Assembly: GCA_026397045.1 (NCBI GenBank)
Contig: JAPLVO010000014.1
Coordinates: 724 to 64,723 of the forward strand
DNA: 64,000 nucleotides
Direction of reading: 5' to 3'
From: Patescibacteria group bacterium
Lineage (GTDB): Bacteria; Patescibacteriota; Saccharimonadia; CAILAD01; BJGX01
Each line of letters starts with the position of its first letter. Positions within the stretch are counted from its first letter, which is position 1. Shown piece by piece: positions 61,028 through 64,000 of the stretch. A program made the position numbers and the translations under genes. A model generated the notes under the pieces. It searched no databases. It was given only the letters and a program-made list of their open reading frames with translations, and had not been told where the DNA came from.

Positions 61028-61062
61028 CTGCCTCCCTGCTTTAAAATTTAGTATAGTCAGTA

Positions 61063-61089
61063 TTAGCACTCTATACATATGAGTGCTAA
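61063..61089. promoter_or_regulatory. CIRCE operator (HrcA binding site), perfect consensus TTAGCACTC-N9-GAGTGCTAA
   Basis: Exact match to the CIRCE inverted repeat, located in the groES 5' leader. Confidence 0.9.
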
Positions 61090-61097
61090 TTGATATT

Positions 61098-61128
61098 AAT
61101 ATACATCTGGCAAAAGTTACTTGTCAAG
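61098..61128 (-). promoter_or_regulatory. Putative groESL sigma-70 promoter (TTGACA ... TATATT) between the two CIRCE copies
   Basis: Minus-strand read cTTGACAagtaacttttgccagatgTATATTaat; the -35 overlaps the second CIRCE. Confidence 0.5.
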
Positions 61129-61151
61129 CACTCTACCTATTAGACTGCTAA
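61124..61151. promoter_or_regulatory. Second, slightly degenerate CIRCE-like element (TcAAGCACTC-N9-GAcTGCTAA)
   Basis: One mismatch per half-site relative to the CIRCE consensus; overlaps the promoter -35 and the stop codon of the upstream NTase gene. Confidence 0.6.
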
Positions 61152-62056
61152 ATGTTATCTCTTATACTCCGCCACTGGGTGGCTAATTGGGCGGATGTAC
61201 CTTTATGGTGAAGATTAATAATATCTGGGCGAACCCGGATAAAAGCATCTGGGTGGTGGCTCTTAGGCTGGGCTGCGGTATGTCGCAAATGTCGGTGATA
61301 GCCGATATCGTCAAGCCTGTCGATAATTCTAAAGCCAGAACTATAAATTCGCATTGGAAGCTTGGGCCAAACAAAGTTTGGTAACTTTTCTTGAATGTAT
61401 GGGTCGCACTTTAGTATCCCGTACCAAATACTCGCCCCGTATATCGGCTTGGCACAGATCATGGCATAAACCAGCCCAGGCTCATTGACCTTCATTATAT
61501 CCTTCTGCATCTTAACCCCCTTGGTAGTCAAAAACATACCCAGGCTAAATCTACCTGCAGACACAAATTGATCCTCCAGCTGATGCAGAAGCTTAAGCAC
61601 GCCCATAAGTATGCCCTTGGAGACAAAAATACGGTTTGGAGAGGTAACTATTAGCAAATCAATATCGCTCTGATCGTGGGCATTCCCGAGAGCAACACTA
61701 TTTACCACTACTATAGATTTAACAAATGGCAGCATCCCGATAGCTCGAGCCCAGCGAAGAGCTTTTTTGAGCAATATCTGTTGCTGACCCAACATCTTCT
61801 TCTGATTAGGATATTTATGAGCCGATAATCCATATTTTCCATCGACCAAAGAAACCTTACCCCGCTTTTCCAAATTTACCAGCTGTTTCTTTATGGCCAA
61901 ATGGCTTGTTCTTATTGATACCAGGCTAAATATAGTATTAAAGTCTACGCGTAGCCCCCAAACAGCATAGTAGGCTAGTAGATCCAGGCAGGCATGGCTA
62001 ATTTGCGACTCTCTTTGCTTAGTTTTATAAACACTCATAGATACAGTATATCTCAA
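61148..62056 (-). CDS. Winged-helix + Pol-beta-superfamily nucleotidyltransferase fusion protein (possible HEPN-like C-terminus)
   Basis: 302 aa; N-terminal wHTH-like segment (…LVSIRTSHLAIKKQLVNLEKRGKVSL…), NTase signature VVVNSVALGNAHDQSDIDLLIV (G[SN]x9-11DxD), C-terminal helical region with R-x6-H (RLDDIGYH). Confidence 0.55.
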   Translation of the reverse strand: MRYTVSMSVYKTKQRESQISHACLDLLAYYAVWGLRVDFNTIFSLVSIRTSHLAIKKQLVNLEKRGKVSLVDGKYGLSAHKYPNQKKMLGQQQILLKKALRWARAIGMLPFVKSIVVVNSVALGNAHDQSDIDLLIVTSPNRIFVSKGILMGVLKLLHQLEDQFVSAGRFSLGMFLTTKGVKMQKDIMKVNEPGLVYAMICAKPIYGASIWYGILKCDPYIQEKLPNFVWPKLPMRIYSSGFRIIDRLDDIGYHRHLRHTAAQPKSHHPDAFIRVRPDIINLHHKGTSAQLATQWRSIRDNI

Positions 62057-62070
62057 ATAAAAGCAGAATG

Positions 62071-62280
62071 ACCCAGAGCTTTAAAAACTCTGGGTCTACT
62101 ATTGGGTGGGAGGCTGGGCCCACGATCTAAGCAATGTTTGCTTTTTACCCCATCAAAGGCAAACATCTATCACACAGGGCTCATTTCTCAATTTACGAGA
62201 GCGAGAAGCTATGTGGGTGGGCCCAGCCAAATGTTGCGGTAGTAGCTAGATAAAAAATTTGCTATCTGCTACTACCGCGT
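62071..62280. other. GC-rich, highly structured roughly 300-nt leader/intergenic element ending in a terminator-like hairpin 15 nt before the NTase start codon
   Basis: Minus-strand hairpin GACCCAGAG-N9-CTCTGGGTC followed by AUUCUGCUUUUAUUUGAG; long-range 12-bp stem GGCTGGGCCCAC/GTGGGCCCAGCC enclosing nested hairpins; 17-bp near-perfect hairpin at 62236-62278. Confidence 0.4.
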
Positions 62281-62421
62281 TATTCAACAAACAACACTAT
62301 TCAGCAGTATTCTGCAAGTGATCAGGCAAAATACCGGAATCATGCTGTTTGTTAAAATTGAAAAGTTCGTTCTTATTTTGCTCTAAGAATGAGCTAATAT
62401 TAAACCCTTACTGGCCAAATA

Positions 62422-63762
62422 TCAAGCAATTTTGTGGATGATTTCCTTTATCTTCTGTAAGCTGGCTTCTGCCGTGGCCCGATCTAGAGCCTCTAAATTT
62501 ACCCTTAGCAGGGGCTCGGTATTACTGGACCTAATATTGGCCCACCAGGACTTGTTATAAATACTCAGGCCATCTATGTAATCTAGCCGATCGGCTGTAA
62601 TATTTTGTCGTACCAAATCAATAGCATTTTGTGCGTCTGGAACCTCAAATGTCTGTTCAGCCAGAGCGTAGTACCTACGATAAGGCCGAACTAGCTCGGA
62701 AAGCTTTTTGCTAGATTTAGATAAAATAGAAAGAGCCCTCAGGCATGCTATTAACCCACTAGTATCGTTGTTAAATTCAGCAAAGTAATAGTGTTGGGCT
62801 TGCTCAATTCCAAGTACCGCGTGGTGCTTAGCCATAGCCTGCTTCATGCTCGGGCGGCCAACTTTTACTTCTATTGCGATCCCGCCTAGTCTTCCAATGA
62901 TCTCTGGTAGCGCTCTAGAGCATGAGGCATTATAGACAATACTGGATTTCTTTTGCGCCAAAGCCTGATGGGCAAAAACCAAGCCAAGTTCGCTAGCCGA
63001 GATAGTTCTACCGGTTTCATCAACCAGCATAGCCCTGTCCGCATCTCCATCAAATGCAACGCCGCAGTCAAACCCGCCGGAGCTAACCTTGCTCTTTAGA
63101 TCTACCAAATTGGCCTCTATCATGGGATTAGGATGATGGTGGGGAAAGTTACCGTCGGGAGTTAAATACAGCCCAACGATGTTTAGGTTGGTCTTTTTGA
63201 GTAGGCTCTCCACGACAATACCCCCCATGCCGTTACCGGCGTCCCAGGCTACCTTCAGCGGACGGTCAATGCTGCCTGCCGCCTTAATAGCGAAGTCAAC
63301 CCACAGGTTGGTAATATCAATCTTTTCCACGCTACCGATATCCACGGCTGGTGAAAACACCATATCCTTAGCCATAGACCTTATAATTTCTAGGCCCGAC
63401 CCCATACCTATCGGTGCTCCACCCTTACTGGTCAGCTTAATGCCATTATAGCCACGGGGATCGTGACTGGCTGTAACCATGGCGCCTCCAGCAAGCCCTT
63501 TGGATTCAATGGCATAGTAGAGCATATCTGTGCTTACCTGGCCAATATCCAGGACATCCCTACCCTGCTCAGTCAGGCCTCGGACGATATTATCTGCCAA
63601 ATCAATAGAATCCAGCCTCATGTCCTTGCCTACAGCGACTTGGCCTGGAGGCAAATACTGTGCCATCGACTGCCCCACTCTGTAGGCAAGCTCGGGAGAC
63701 ACACCCTTGGCGCTTTCGCCGCGGATGTCATAAGCCTTAAATACAGATGGATTAAATAGCAT
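62422..63762 (-). CDS. Phosphohexomutase (phosphoglucosamine mutase / phosphomannomutase family)
   Basis: Active-site Ser loop TASHDPRGYNGIKL, Mg-binding DGDADR; 446 aa. Confidence 0.85.
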   Translation of the reverse strand: MLFNPSVFKAYDIRGESAKGVSPELAYRVGQSMAQYLPPGQVAVGKDMRLDSIDLADNIVRGLTEQGRDVLDIGQVSTDMLYYAIESKGLAGGAMVTASHDPRGYNGIKLTSKGGAPIGMGSGLEIIRSMAKDMVFSPAVDIGSVEKIDITNLWVDFAIKAAGSIDRPLKVAWDAGNGMGGIVVESLLKKTNLNIVGLYLTPDGNFPHHHPNPMIEANLVDLKSKVSSGGFDCGVAFDGDADRAMLVDETGRTISASELGLVFAHQALAQKKSSIVYNASCSRALPEIIGRLGGIAIEVKVGRPSMKQAMAKHHAVLGIEQAQHYYFAEFNNDTSGLIACLRALSILSKSSKKLSELVRPYRRYYALAEQTFEVPDAQNAIDLVRQNITADRLDYIDGLSIYNKSWWANIRSSNTEPLLRVNLEALDRATAEASLQKIKEIIHKIA

Positions 63763-63771
63763 AACTATATT

Positions 63772-64000
63772 CTACCAGAATAAGTTCTTTCGTATTCTGG
63801 CATATAGCCTAAGAAAATACTCTTCTTGGTTAGCCCATAGCTTATACTTAGTAGAATTTATGGGCATATCCCAGCAACCGACAAACTCCACGACATTATC
63901 GCTAAAACTACGCTTAAATTGATACAGGCCAGATTGGGGATGCTTGCTGTCAGACAATTTGGCTATAGGCGGCACCCCAACCATATCATAGAGCTTATCG
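63772..64000 (-). CDS. FemAB-family peptidoglycan branch aminoacyltransferase (partial, C-terminal part only; N-terminus beyond window end)
   Basis: C-terminal ...GLYQFKRSFSDNVVEF... resembles the FemX/FemAB conserved C-terminal motif (GLYRFKKGFG); the ORF is open at the window edge. Confidence 0.5.
   Translation of the reverse strand, partial: DKLYDMVGVPPIAKLSDSKHPQSGLYQFKRSFSDNVVEFVGCWDMPINSTKYKLWANQEEYFLRLYARIRKNLFW

Noticed and set aside
60767-61078. 103-aa version of groES
   Set aside because: The extra 17 N-terminal codons run into the CIRCE element; the SD GGGAGG sits in front of the internal MKIQPL.

Overview
This window reads as a low-GC (about 42-45% by eye) bacterial chromosome with Gram-positive-like cell-envelope and heat-shock features. 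I see no rRNA genes, no CRISPR array and no recognisable transposase or integrase. The lineage is a guess: a small-genome Firmicute-like or CPR/Saccharibacteria-like organism.

Signals for that lineage guess:
- A FemAB-family gene, an LCP (LytR-CpsA-Psr) gene and a MurE/MurT-like ligase.
- A CIRCE/HrcA-type groESL operator.
- RNase J.
- A CcdA plus TlpA-like thiol-disulfide pair.
- Several housekeeping proteins carry N- or C-terminal low-complexity extensions: RecA, RNase J and S20.

The backbone is densely packed housekeeping:
- ychF.
- efp, rpsR, ssb and rpsF.
- recA and recX.
- yajQ, a rodZ-like gene and ftsK.
- An MsbA-like ABC exporter and an aquaporin.
- rnj and a family-4 UDG.
- pnp, rpsO, truB and a DHH (NrnA-like) gene.
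- rpsT, holA, mutM and polA.
- rpoD and dnaG.
- pyrH, dus and trhO.
- pgi-like, groES/groEL and a phosphohexomutase.
- One tRNA-Ser(GGA).

Interspersed are stretches that look accessory, listed here in window order.
- A GC-rich GNAT acetyltransferase cassette at about 21.9-23.0 kb with its own operator-like palindrome and terminators.
- A translationally coupled 32-aa hydrophobic peptide plus 111-aa gene pair.
- A DnaG whose four zinc ligands are all substituted.
- Unknown genes upstream of dnaG.
- A 44-51 kb block of small membrane proteins: DUF308, BI-1, DUF308, several unknowns, a GyrI-like protein, a Gly/Ser-rich Tim44-like membrane protein and DUF4234.
- That block is followed by an oxidative-stress cluster: msrA/msrB, SDRs and a flavodoxin-like reductase.
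- A duplicated tRNA-Ser 3' end plus terminator repeat next to the tRNA, either an att scar or a pseudo-tRNA.
- A highly structured 180-nt intergenic element downstream of groEL.
- A wHTH-nucleotidyltransferase fusion gene preceded by a roughly 300-nt GC-rich structured leader that ends in a terminator-like hairpin.
- Directly downstream of that NTase gene sits a dual-CIRCE groESL promoter.

My best candidate for a previously undescribed system is the structured leader plus wHTH-NTase, with a possible HEPN-like tail. This is a candidate riboswitch- or attenuator-controlled nucleotidyltransferase. Secondary candidates are the peptide + 111-aa module and the membrane-protein block. All are inference from sequence and need homology and structure checks.
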